Shown: piece by piece, positions 28,189 through 36,881 of the stretch
How the letters are laid out: every line of letters starts with the position of its first letter
Position numbering within the stretch: the stretch's first letter is position 1
Source of the DNA: an uncultured Candidatus Saccharibacteria bacterium
Lineage (GTDB): Bacteria; Patescibacteriota; Saccharimonadia; Saccharimonadales; JAGQNJ01
Assembly (NCBI GenBank): GCA_964491925.1
Contig: CAZBGZ010000001.1
Coordinates: forward strand, 192,701-256,700
Length of the DNA: 64,000 nt
Direction of reading: 5' to 3'
Notes under the pieces: model-generated
Seen by the model: only the letters and a program-made list of their open reading frames with translations
Databases searched by the model: none
What the model was told of the DNA's origin: nothing
Program-made: the position numbers and the translations under genes

Positions 28189-29586
28189 TTAGTTAATAGA
28201 AACTTTAACTTCATGTTGGGCACTGCCAGTAATACAATCAGTACAAACGTGGTCGTCTCTGGGCACATCTTTGCCCACTACCCCTAAAAGTCCTTCTAGT
28301 GATAAAGATGCCACCGACTGTACACCCTTAATTTCGAGCGCCATGCTCGCTTCGGCATGTTTACCTTTCTTGCATGCCTCTGTGTTTTGAGGGGTTGCAA
28401 ACCGTAGGTGTATTTTTGCAACACCAGCTTTTAGAAGCTCTCCTACAATTCTTGCCATAGTTTCGCTTGTGCTCATTCGGTTATCTACCACCACCACCAC
28501 CTTGCCTTCTAGGCTTTTATTGTCGGCTACGTTGTAGTTGCTGGTCACTCTTTGTCTATGGCCATCACGATCAAAAGGTCGTGGTGTTATACCATGGTAT
28601 CTATTTTTAATAAGTTGGTGGCTATAGCCCACCCCTGACTTTCTTGCGTATCCAATCGCGATAGGCGTACCTCGTTCTGGTACCCCCAGAACGACGTCTG
28701 CGTCATGCACTGGTGCCTCGGTTGCCAAGGCCTCACCAATCCTCTCTCTATATGTGTTGATCTCGGTCCCCCCCACGCGACTTTGGTCTAGCGCATAGTC
28801 GGTGAACTCCCTAATGCATAATTCGGCCACGCCCCTGAAAATCTTTGACCTCAAACCTGATTGCTCATCAAAAATAACCGTCTCGCCTGGCTCGAAAGAT
28901 CTTTGGCCTGTTGCTTGCCACATGTCTAGCCCTACCGTTTCAGAAGCTACAATTATTTCTCCATTTTCTCCGTGGCCTAAAACCAGTGGTTGAATTCCGG
29001 ACCCCATGCCTGCTATGAATTGTTCGCCTGTTATTAATCCGAAAGAGTAAGGGCTCCCAGCAAAATCAGGGAGTAATTGTGTAAGCGACTGTTCCAAGGT
29101 AACATCTTCGCGTTCGGCAAAGTCGGCGACTAACCGAGCCATAAATGCCGAATTTGTTACTAATCCTGCTTTAGAATAGTCAAATCCATACTCTCTTGAA
29201 ACATCTAGAATCCTACTAAAGTGACCATTACTTGCGAATGCAAAGTGTCTTTCCGGGGTTTTCAAGTTGGTATGTATGGGCTGTATATATGGTTCATTAG
29301 CTGGCCAGTTCAAATCGCCTGGGATTCTTTCGGATCGGATATGCCCTAATGCAAACGGCGCATCATCAGACATTTGGAACCCATTCAAACTATCAACAAG
29401 CCCTAATTGATGTGACGCTATTAATGTTTGCCCATTGCCCCTAGCCTCGCCTACCGCTAGAGTCCCCCGTTGTTGGTTAGCCCCTAACATCGGATGCACC
29501 ATTGCACCAGCATTCATTTCTGGAGAGTATACAATAGCCAGCCCACCCACTGTGTTATGTTCGTAGCCAGCATATGTCTCCCCCAT
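28189..29586 (-). CDS. amidophosphoribosyltransferase (PurF)-like protein lacking canonical catalytic motifs
   Basis: Colinear with the PurF pattern (GHIRS, NEPYIQP, ASNGHFS, QPLVLGHGENGEIIVASETVGLD, VLGVPERGTPIAIGYA, IKNRY, EGKVVVVVD). It has no N-terminal Cys, and the PRPP loop reads DNRMSTSET. Confidence 0.65.
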   Translation of the reverse strand: MGETYAGYEHNTVGGLAIVYSPEMNAGAMVHPMLGANQQRGTLAVGEARGNGQTLIASHQLGLVDSLNGFQMSDDAPFALGHIRSERIPGDLNWPANEPYIQPIHTNLKTPERHFAFASNGHFSRILDVSREYGFDYSKAGLVTNSAFMARLVADFAEREDVTLEQSLTQLLPDFAGSPYSFGLITGEQFIAGMGSGIQPLVLGHGENGEIIVASETVGLDMWQATGQRSFEPGETVIFDEQSGLRSKIFRGVAELCIREFTDYALDQSRVGGTEINTYRERIGEALATEAPVHDADVVLGVPERGTPIAIGYARKSGVGYSHQLIKNRYHGITPRPFDRDGHRQRVTSNYNVADNKSLEGKVVVVVDNRMSTSETMARIVGELLKAGVAKIHLRFATPQNTEACKKGKHAEASMALEIKGVQSVASLSLEGLLGVVGKDVPRDDHVCTDCITGSAQHEVKVSIN

Positions 29587-29856
29587 ATATATTTATTGTA
29601 CCAATAATGCAGTTATTTCAATGTTGTGTTTTAAAAACCATAAGCGGCTTATCAAGCAAATACTTTTATCCTAGCCAACAGAGGTAATATATGCTACCAT
29701 TACCCCTGTCCAGGTTTAGATTTTTGCATTTGAACCAAAATCCTAAACCAAGACTTGTCTGTTTAAAGATGCGGTTTAGAGGGAAAAGAGCAGCCCGACC
29801 AAAATGTATTCCATTTTGCCGGCGTGGTGAGAAAAACCGTAGGTTTGTCTAATTAT

Positions 29857-29933
29857 GTACCCGTAGCTCAGCTGGATAGAGCGTTGGCTTGCGGAGCCAA
29901 AGGTCAGAGGTTCGAATCCTCTCGGGTACACCA
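29857..29933 (+). tRNA. tRNA-Arg (anticodon GCG as read)
   Basis: GTACCCG-TA-GCTC-AGCTGGATA-GAGC-G-TTGGC-TTGCGGA-GCCAA-AGGTC-AGAGG-TTCGAAT-CCTCT-CGGGTAC-A-CCA, a clean cloverleaf with encoded CCA. Confidence 0.85.
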
Positions 29934-29971
29934 ATGGTTGGTTGATGACATTTTGTCGTCCACCAACCATT
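29934..29971 (+). terminator. terminator hairpin after tRNA-Arg
   Basis: ATGGTTGGT...ACCAACCAT stem followed by TTTTTTTT. Confidence 0.6.
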
Positions 29972-30089
29972 TTTTTTCTAGCTAGGATTCGAACCTTGGT
30001 CGTTAACAGCCAGTTGGCTGTTCACGTTTTACATACTTGTCGCCATGCGCAATTGCCTGTGACAATTTTGTCGCTAGCGGGCTATAAAG

Positions 30090-30112
30090 GAATCCTCTCG
30101 GGTACACCAATG
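30090..30112 (+). repeat. exact 23-nt repeat of the tRNA-Arg 3' end
   Basis: GAATCCTCTCGGGTACACCAATG equals 29914-29936. It is followed by its own hairpin, CCAATGAAA...TTTCATTGG. Confidence 0.8.
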
Positions 30113-30245
30113 AAAGTGTCGGCCCTTGTGGCAGGCTTTTTCATTGGTTGCGTGCTGAAAGAATGCGAGAACCGTCGAGGTTCGTTCGGCCAAGCCACGC
30201 ACAGAAGTTTACTTCGAACATGGCTGCAGATGGGCGTCTAGTCTA

Positions 30246-30258
30246 TCGGGTACACCAA
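30246..30258 (+). repeat. third, shorter (13-nt) copy of the tRNA-Arg 3' end
   Basis: TCGGGTACACCAA matches 29922-29934 and 30098-30110. Confidence 0.5.
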
Positions 30259-30604
30259 AACAGAGTGGGGATCAATGATGATTGTCAGACGCCAAACACT
30301 GCAAACTGCCTCAGCATTATCAATAATCAATATAGCTCCTATGAATACAGAAACAGATAGTACTATCTATTGTTGCGATTGTGGCTAACCATGTTTAAAT
30401 AGTTTGCAAACCTTGTTAGCCGCAACCTCGTTCTGCTAGAATTACCCTTTCCTTTGGGTGGCAACCTTCCGCCCTTTTTATATTGAGCAGCTCTTAACCC
30501 TGTACTAAATTGTGGTTGGTTGGTTGAGGAACCTGACATAATGTTTGATCCTTTTTTAGGTACTGATTAGTATTATAATATATCACTATCGGGGGGGCAA
30601 ATCA

Positions 30605-30868
30605 CTACGTGGCTATCCACACCGCAATCAATACCAGGATTATGATTATTATAGATACATTAGATTTCGACTCTTTAGCCGCAGTTATTCCATTTTTGCT
30701 AATAACAACATAACGTCTATCCCCACGACTGGCACGGCTTTTACTGACTATTGACACAAGCAAAAACAATACAAGTAATAAAATAACAATCAGAAAAATC
30801 TCGCCCGACGAACTTTCTCCGATTTCGAGTGCTGCAAACATAAAGCCAATTATAGAGCAATGTGCCAC
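30605..30868 (-). CDS. small hypothetical membrane protein
   Basis: 87-aa ORF with three hydrophobic helices. No other support. Confidence 0.3.
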   Translation of the reverse strand: MAHCSIIGFMFAALEIGESSSGEIFLIVILLLVLFLLVSIVSKSRASRGDRRYVVISKNGITAAKESKSNVSIIIIILVLIAVWIAT

Positions 30869-30955
30869 AGTTTTGATAGTTACTTGAACCCATAATAATC
30901 TATAAAATACTGATGTTGTTTTGACAAAGCTGTCAAGAGGCGCATATACTACAAC

Positions 30956-32086
30956 ATGGATACAGGTTATAAACTAGCTCTAACCTTTGATGATGTACTC
31001 TTGTTGCCCCGATATTCGGGGTTTTCTCGTTCTGAAATAGATTTGTCGACTAACCTAACAAAAAAAATCAAGTTATCGGTACCGTTAATATCTTCTCCTA
31101 TGGATACCGTAACGGAGAGTGGGCTAGCGATTGCCTTAGCACGGGCTGGTGGTATCGGCTTTATTCATCGCAACCTGACAGTGACCGACCAAGCCGCGGA
31201 AGTCAAAAAAGTTAAAAAACACGGTTTACTGGTTGGTGCGGCTATCGGTTCTAGCGCAGGTTTTGAAAAACGCGTCGACGCACTTATAAAAGCTAACGTT
31301 GATGTGCTGCTCGTTGATTCTGCGCATGGTCACTCCAAACAAGTCATAGCCACGGTAAAAACAATCAAAAAAAATCACAAAATCGAAGTTATCGCAGGCA
31401 ATGTCGCAACGAGCAAAGGAGCCAAAGCGTTAATCGAAGCCGGTGCGGATGGATTGCGCGTTGGCATGGGCCCCGGGGCCATTTGTTCTACTAGAATTAT
31501 TTCTGGGATGGGCGTGCCTCAACTTACCGCAGTTCTTGATACATCTCGTGTCGCAAAACGACATAAAGTTCCGGTTATTGCGGACGGTGGCATCAATTAT
31601 TCTGGCGATATCGTAAAAGCATTGGCTGCCGGCGCATCCACAGTCATGCTCGGTCGTCTTTTCGCGGCAACGGCAGAATCCAGCGGGAAAACGTATTTGC
31701 TAAAACCCAACCAAGTCCCATCGCGTTTCAAAAGCATAGTCAACGGAAAAAAATCCTACAAGTTTAAACAATACCGAGGCATGGGCTCGATAGGCGCTAT
31801 GAAGGATGGCATCAAAGTTGCTAGCGAGGATGAATTTCATGGCAAAAACTATACCAGTGACACCCTAATCGCCGAAGGCGTCGAAGGCATGATCCCTTGT
31901 AGTGGGACTCTGCAGCAACTGGTTGACCAACTAATGGGTGGCCTGACCTCTGGCATGTACTATGTCGGCTCGCCTACAATTGCAAAATTGCAGAACGCAA
32001 AATTTGTTCAAATAACAGAGGCCTCACTGCACGAGAGCCACCCTCACGACCTCTTTATCACCGAAGGCGGCGGCAACTACAATTAA
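30956..32086 (+). CDS. guaB: IMP dehydrogenase family protein lacking the CBS (Bateman) subdomain
   Basis: [19 protein letters not shown], catalytic loop [17 protein letters not shown] and YRGMGS. The sequence runs directly from AEVKKVKK to [10 protein letters not shown] where the CBS pair normally sits. Confidence 0.8.
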   Translation: MDTGYKLALTFDDVLLLPRYSGFSRSEIDLSTNLTKKIKLSVPLISSPMDTVTESGLAIALARAGGIGFIHRNLTVTDQAAEVKKVKKHGLLVGAAIGSSAGFEKRVDALIKANVDVLLVDSAHGHSKQVIATVKTIKKNHKIEVIAGNVATSKGAKALIEAGADGLRVGMGPGAICSTRIISGMGVPQLTAVLDTSRVAKRHKVPVIADGGINYSGDIVKALAAGASTVMLGRLFAATAESSGKTYLLKPNQVPSRFKSIVNGKKSYKFKQYRGMGSIGAMKDGIKVASEDEFHGKNYTSDTLIAEGVEGMIPCSGTLQQLVDQLMGGLTSGMYYVGSPTIAKLQNAKFVQITEASLHESHPHDLFITEGGGNYN

Positions 32087-33000
32087 AGACTGGCTGGGAC
32101 GGGTCGTGCCCCTGCCGTTTGTTCTCGGGCAGCGACCAAGGTATTTTGTAGCAGCATGCGAATAGTCAGCGGCCCCACGCTACCATACACGCTATTTATC
32201 GCCCACCCGTTTTCTAATGCTAATGCACGTAATTCTGGCGTTACATCACCTGCACCATCAGCCTCTGCTGTCCCGGCATCGATTAGTACCCTGGGTCTGC
32301 TGATGTCATAAAACATGTCGGGGGTAACAATTCCTCCCTGCCCCATTGCGGTCACAATAACCGAAGCACTATTTAGTGCTGTTATTCTTGCCATTCCATC
32401 AGAAAATTCATCGAATCCTCTAGAGTGCTCATTGCCGGCACCTCGAACTAGCTCTAGGAAAGGGGCCCCAACTAACTGGCCCAAACCAAAAACGGCGACA
32501 TTTTCTTCGCGAACATTAATGCCGTGACCAGTTAGTAGGGCCTCGATTGCAAGCGGAGTGGCTGGGTTAAATCCTTCAATTGGACCGAGCCCATCAACAT
32601 CTTTTTGGGGGTGTATTTTCGCCAACACGGATTGTTCGCTTTGTCTATTGGCTAAAGGTAACTGAGCAACAATACCATGTATTGTTTCATCTAAATTGAG
32701 TCTTTCAATACTAGCTACCAACCTACCAGTACTCGATATCGGCCATGGGTCACCAGAAACGGTAGTATTAGGCACATCTAAAACTTCTGTATGTACCCTG
32801 AACCCTAATCGTTCTCCTACGGCACTTTTATTAGCCATATACCTTTGAGTCCCAACATGACCTGAAAAGTTATCCGTTATTAGTGCCAAACCCGGCATCA
32901 TCCCAGTAGCTTCGCGAAAATCAGCAGCCTCTTGCCTTAATTGGGCGTCCAGGTTTTGTATTATTTCCTTGCTTCCTAGCTCGCCTATTGGTAATGCCAT
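32083..33000 (-). CDS. divergent FolD-like methylenetetrahydrofolate dehydrogenase/cyclohydrolase
   Basis: IHGIVAQLPL, HPQKDVDGL and GSVGPLTIRMLLQNT match the FolD pattern. The NADP-loop region is atypical (VFGLGQLVGAPF). Confidence 0.65.
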   Translation of the reverse strand: MALPIGELGSKEIIQNLDAQLRQEAADFREATGMMPGLALITDNFSGHVGTQRYMANKSAVGERLGFRVHTEVLDVPNTTVSGDPWPISSTGRLVASIERLNLDETIHGIVAQLPLANRQSEQSVLAKIHPQKDVDGLGPIEGFNPATPLAIEALLTGHGINVREENVAVFGLGQLVGAPFLELVRGAGNEHSRGFDEFSDGMARITALNSASVIVTAMGQGGIVTPDMFYDISRPRVLIDAGTAEADGAGDVTPELRALALENGWAINSVYGSVGPLTIRMLLQNTLVAAREQTAGARPVPASL

Positions 33001-33129
33001 GTTGTCCTCCTGCTATGTTTGCTCTAACTTTAATCCACAGTAGCATCCCGGCGCAAGCATATGCTTTTTCGCCACTACCGCTATAAATGAATTGGTACGA
33101 CTATTCAGATCGTTTTTTCAAAAATCGGA

Positions 33130-33903
33130 TTATTCACACAAATCGACAGTGATACATATTCTTCCTAGCTCAGCTTCTGCTGGGATAATGTGTAAACAAT
33201 CAGGGGGTATTTCGTACCATTCGCCCGGGCCAAGAGTCCTAGTAGTAAAATGACCTTGCAGTGGCTCCCCTCCCATCTCTACTCGGGGCCCGCGTATGAT
33301 TTGGCTGTCTACCCCTACTAAAGTCGGCACTAAAGGTTGCATTGCTTGTTCAACATCACCCCCTAAAATAGAAATACTAAATGGTTGAGCTCCTGGGGCT
33401 TCAACGTCACCAACTGCCGTTACCGTACCCTCCCCGTCGAGAATACACACTCTACGAGATACCTTTGCTAATCTGCACTTAGGCTTTGCATAATTACCAT
33501 CAATCCTAAAGTCAGTATGCCAGTTAGTAAATGGTGTCCCTGACTGTGTTGACATGACGTTTCTTAGTTGCTCAGGGTCTCCAATGACATTTATGCGAAC
33601 ATTTTTTATATCTTCTGGCTCTATATCAACTGCGAGAGAAGCAATTGTCTCTTCTGCGAAGTGCCGTTTCACAGCGTCCTCTACTCTCGGTATATGACCC
33701 CTTGCGATAGCCCAAGAGGAAGTTGGTTTAGCGTTGCTACGGCGCTGCTGCAATGCTTGCCTCGAACAATTACGAGCTGCATCCGCCAAGCCACTGCCAA
33801 CCTCAATACTGGTAAGCACGGGGGCAGATGAGTGGAATGTAAAAACCTCTTTAGAGGACACTTTCATGAACAGTATTATTACATATAAAGGTATAAAAAA
33901 CAA
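33130..33903 (-). CDS. hypothetical protein
   Basis: 257-aa ORF (likely start at the MKVSSKE Met). No motif recognised. Confidence 0.4.
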   Translation of the reverse strand: MFFIPLYVIILFMKVSSKEVFTFHSSAPVLTSIEVGSGLADAARNCSRQALQQRRSNAKPTSSWAIARGHIPRVEDAVKRHFAEETIASLAVDIEPEDIKNVRINVIGDPEQLRNVMSTQSGTPFTNWHTDFRIDGNYAKPKCRLAKVSRRVCILDGEGTVTAVGDVEAPGAQPFSISILGGDVEQAMQPLVPTLVGVDSQIIRGPRVEMGGEPLQGHFTTRTLGPGEWYEIPPDCLHIIPAEAELGRICITVDLCE

Positions 33904-33912
33904 TACTAATGT

Positions 33913-34500
33913 ATGATGTTAGTTATGAAACAACTGATTTTAGCCTCTGGATCTATTGGCAGACGCACTTTGCTAGAGCGAATTGGCCATCCATTTATAG
34001 TTGATGCTAGTAATTACGAAGAGGATATGACCCTAGATATGAAGCCTGAAAAACTGGCAATATATCTATCAAAGGGGAAGGCCGAAGACGTGGTAAAACG
34101 CCATAAAAACGCCGTAATTTTGGCTGCAGATAGTTTTGTGGTCTACAAAGAGCATCTTTTAGGTAAACCACACACGTTCGGGCGAGCCAAAGAAATGCTC
34201 CAAATGCTCAGTGGCAGTCACCACTCATTTGTGACAGGCTTTACGATAATAGATGCCGATACGGGGAAGCAATACAGTGAATCTGTCAGAACCGAGATAT
34301 TTTTCAGAGATCTTAGCGACAATGAGATAGACACGTATATAAAACGCGATGATGTTCGTCAGAAGGCCGGTGCCTACACCGTCCAGGGCGCCGGCAGCGC
34401 ATTTATCCGTAGAATAGATGGAGATTACAGCAATATTGTTGGTTTGCCCCTAGCCCCAGTCATTGAAGCCCTTCGCAAATTCGACATAAATCTACTCTAA
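33913..34500 (+). CDS. maf: Maf-family nucleoside triphosphate pyrophosphatase
   Basis: LILASGSIGRRTLLERIG, AADSFVV, and KAGAYTVQGAGSAFIRRIDGDYSNIVGLPL. Confidence 0.85.
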   Translation: MMLVMKQLILASGSIGRRTLLERIGHPFIVDASNYEEDMTLDMKPEKLAIYLSKGKAEDVVKRHKNAVILAADSFVVYKEHLLGKPHTFGRAKEMLQMLSGSHHSFVTGFTIIDADTGKQYSESVRTEIFFRDLSDNEIDTYIKRDDVRQKAGAYTVQGAGSAFIRRIDGDYSNIVGLPLAPVIEALRKFDINLL

Positions 34501-34575
34501 ATAGCAAACAATCACAAAATAACACCTATAGAGGACTGACCTCTAGTTGCTCTAGTTGAGGGAGTTTTGTGCTTG

Positions 34576-35025
34576 TTATGAGATAGAGGAGATTTTGGTT
34601 AAGTCGCCATTTAGCACGATTGGCTCTAGGCCAATTATCTCTTCTAAAAATGGTGATTCGTCCGGGATTTTGTTCAGCAGATAAATTGGCTTCTTTTGGT
34701 GGAACGCCAATGTCATCTCCATCAAGACGTTCCCGCCAATATAATTTTTTACCCCGTGTTTTTCTTTGTTAACAACTAGTATGGCATTGCCCTTTTCTAC
34801 CTAGTCAAAATGTCCGCGCATCAAAGCTGTTTTTTTGTGGTAGTCATTGGCATCGCCCAACCAAGTTTTGTAGTGGTCGACGTTATAGTCCCCAGAGGTC
34901 TTCATTTTTTCAGCAGTTGCCGGAATTATCACGCTAAATCCTTCTTCCCCCAGTTTTTGCTGAATTTCCACAACTTCTTTGTAAAAATTAGCACTAGAAC
35001 ATATGGTAATAATTTTTTTCGCCAT
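34576..35025 (-). pseudogene. nucleoside 2-deoxyribosyltransferase-like gene interrupted by one in-frame TAG (34801-34803)
   Basis: The 74-aa track ORF (MAKKIITICSSANFYK...MRGHFD*) continues in the same frame for 74 more sense codons (VEKGNAILVVNKEKHGVKNYIGGNVLMEMTLAFHQKKPIYLLNKIPDESPFLEEIIGLEPIVLNGDLTKISSIS) to TAA at 34576-34578. Confidence 0.6.
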
Positions 35026-35117
35026 AAAACTCAGTATAACATCACAAAACCAAGTAATAACCTAGACAAAATACAAAATCTGTGCTATACTAACAGAGTT
35101 AAATAGAAACAAAAATC

Positions 35118-35981
35118 ATGGCCGAAACAATAAGAATAACTCCACAAGATCTTCTCTCCGCTACAGGAGATAATGCTGCTGTGCCTAATGAGCCATCCGC
35201 AACTCGCACGGCCATAAATGGCTTAAAGGGACGATTTAAAGCCAGAAAAACAAAGCTATCAGGGCCAGCCACACCAATAAGATTAGCTAAGGAGCCTTTG
35301 CCGACAGAGGACGAGCCGGATTTGGGCATAGAGTTAAAAGTAGATACAAATATAGAGCTTAGATTACCTGATGACGACTTTTTGGGACTTTTAAAGTCTA
35401 GAAGGCAAAAGCTGTTCTCTGGTAGCCCTCTCGGCAGCACATGTATACCAAACTCTGCTGCAGTAGCAATAGCAAGGGCTGGGAGCCAAGTCCCGCTTAG
35501 TGAAGCACAGACGGCGCAGTGGTTGTTAAACTCAGGCGTGAAGCTTGGAATTGGTGGTTACTACGATATATTTCAAACCGGCGACGCTCTTTTACGTTCG
35601 GACACAGTCAGCCGGCTAGTTGTACCAAGCGAGCAAACTAGAGAACCAGTCCAGGACCTGTCGAGGGTGGATTTCGAGCAAATTTTATCGAACCATGGCT
35701 CCGTCCTTTTATGCGACCAAGTAAGCGCCCACGCTGCTGCTTTAATCGGCTGGGCTCAACCCGGCGACGTCGTCGGGGGGCATACAGTAACAGAGCCAAT
35801 GGCTCTTATGTACAACGGTAATCCGGGTAGCGAAATCGGTGGGGTACCCGCAAACAACCCTGGTGAAACTTTGACGTGGGTAAAGCCAGCAGAGCTTGCA
35901 ACAATGGTCAATAATCATAACGGTGAATTTGGGATGCAAGGCATGGTATTTATGCCACCTGCTGTTGCCGAAGGGGCTTGA
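35118..35981 (+). CDS. hypothetical protein (possible papain-fold Cys/His peptidase, weak)
   Basis: 287 aa. GSTCIPNSAAVAIA and later VSAHAAALIGW resemble a Cys...His dyad arrangement. No TM or signal peptide. Confidence 0.45.
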   Translation: MAETIRITPQDLLSATGDNAAVPNEPSATRTAINGLKGRFKARKTKLSGPATPIRLAKEPLPTEDEPDLGIELKVDTNIELRLPDDDFLGLLKSRRQKLFSGSPLGSTCIPNSAAVAIARAGSQVPLSEAQTAQWLLNSGVKLGIGGYYDIFQTGDALLRSDTVSRLVVPSEQTREPVQDLSRVDFEQILSNHGSVLLCDQVSAHAAALIGWAQPGDVVGGHTVTEPMALMYNGNPGSEIGGVPANNPGETLTWVKPAELATMVNNHNGEFGMQGMVFMPPAVAEGA

Positions 35982-35982
35982 C

Positions 35983-36522
35983 CTAAAACCTGATACGCAA
36001 CATTAACTTGTCGATGGGGTCTTGTTTGCGGTCTTCGTGGGGCAATAAATCACCCAAGGCATTAATGATTTTCGTCTCGTCTTCCGGTGCGTAGTATACA
36101 GATATAGCCGGCATGAACCTTTTTAAGGGCATCAGCAAAATCGATCTTATAGCACCTTCTTGAATGATAGAAAAAGATCGGAATACATTTATTGGGTAGA
36201 GTTTTCTGCCGACTTGTATGCCACTATTATCAATGCTGTATTCTAATACTTCAGGTTTTCGGCCAGCGAAAACAGCAAAAACTATACCCAAGATAGAGAG
36301 CAACACTACAGAGGTAACATCACGAGTTAATAAGTAAATAAATCCAATCGCAAGCAGTGCAACTGCTCCAAAGCGAATAAACCAACCCATAGATTTGTCA
36401 TGCGAAACATATTCGGACGCAGTCCAAGACACGGCCTCGAAATGACTAGGATGTGTCTCGCTAGGTTGCTGTGAAGCCCCTGCTGTATATTTCCAGCCAA
36501 TTTGACTGCTACCCTCTTGCAT
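35983..36522 (-). CDS. hypothetical membrane protein (two TM helices plus soluble C-domain)
   Basis: I trimmed the track ORF (to 36642) to the Met at MQEGSSQ because the upstream part translates tRNA-Ser. Confidence 0.45.
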   Translation of the reverse strand: MQEGSSQIGWKYTAGASQQPSETHPSHFEAVSWTASEYVSHDKSMGWFIRFGAVALLAIGFIYLLTRDVTSVVLLSILGIVFAVFAGRKPEVLEYSIDNSGIQVGRKLYPINVFRSFSIIQEGAIRSILLMPLKRFMPAISVYYAPEDETKIINALGDLLPHEDRKQDPIDKLMLRIRF

Positions 36523-36564
36523 AAGCGTATTATAGCAACAACTATAGAACTTCGGAATAAAGAA

Positions 36565-36656
<92 letters not shown>

Positions 36657-36695
36657 GTATCTATGCAAAAACAGTGACGAACTTAAACTTCTATA

Positions 36696-36788
36696 TGGCG
36701 GAGAGAGAGGGATTCGAACCCTCGCTGGAGATTGCTCCCCACTAACGATTTAGCAAACCGTCCCCTTCAGCCACTTGGGTACCTCTCC
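36696..36788 (-). tRNA. tRNA-Ser (anticodon GCU)
   Basis: GGAGAGGTACCCAAGTGGCTGAAGGGG-ACGGT-TTGCTAA-ATCGT..., with a long variable arm and ...GAGGGTTCGAATCCCTCTCTCTCCGCCA. Confidence 0.85.
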
Positions 36789-36881
36789 GCGTTCGTCTCA
36801 GCTGTTCAGACTGGTGCATTATAACAGAGGACATACCTTATTTACAGAGCAGAATTATGGTTCCCTGTTGTTTCGATGTTG

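Noticed and set aside
29776-30360. ORFs 29776-29970 (minus), 29942-30241 (plus) and 30148-30360 (plus), and a T-arm-like GGTTCGAATCC on the minus strand near 29982 as a possible extra tRNA
   Set aside because: The ORFs run across tRNA-Arg and its repeat scars. The T-arm-like piece has a mismatched stem, a 4-nt loop where an anticodon loop should be, and no acceptor stem, so it is at best a tRNA remnant.
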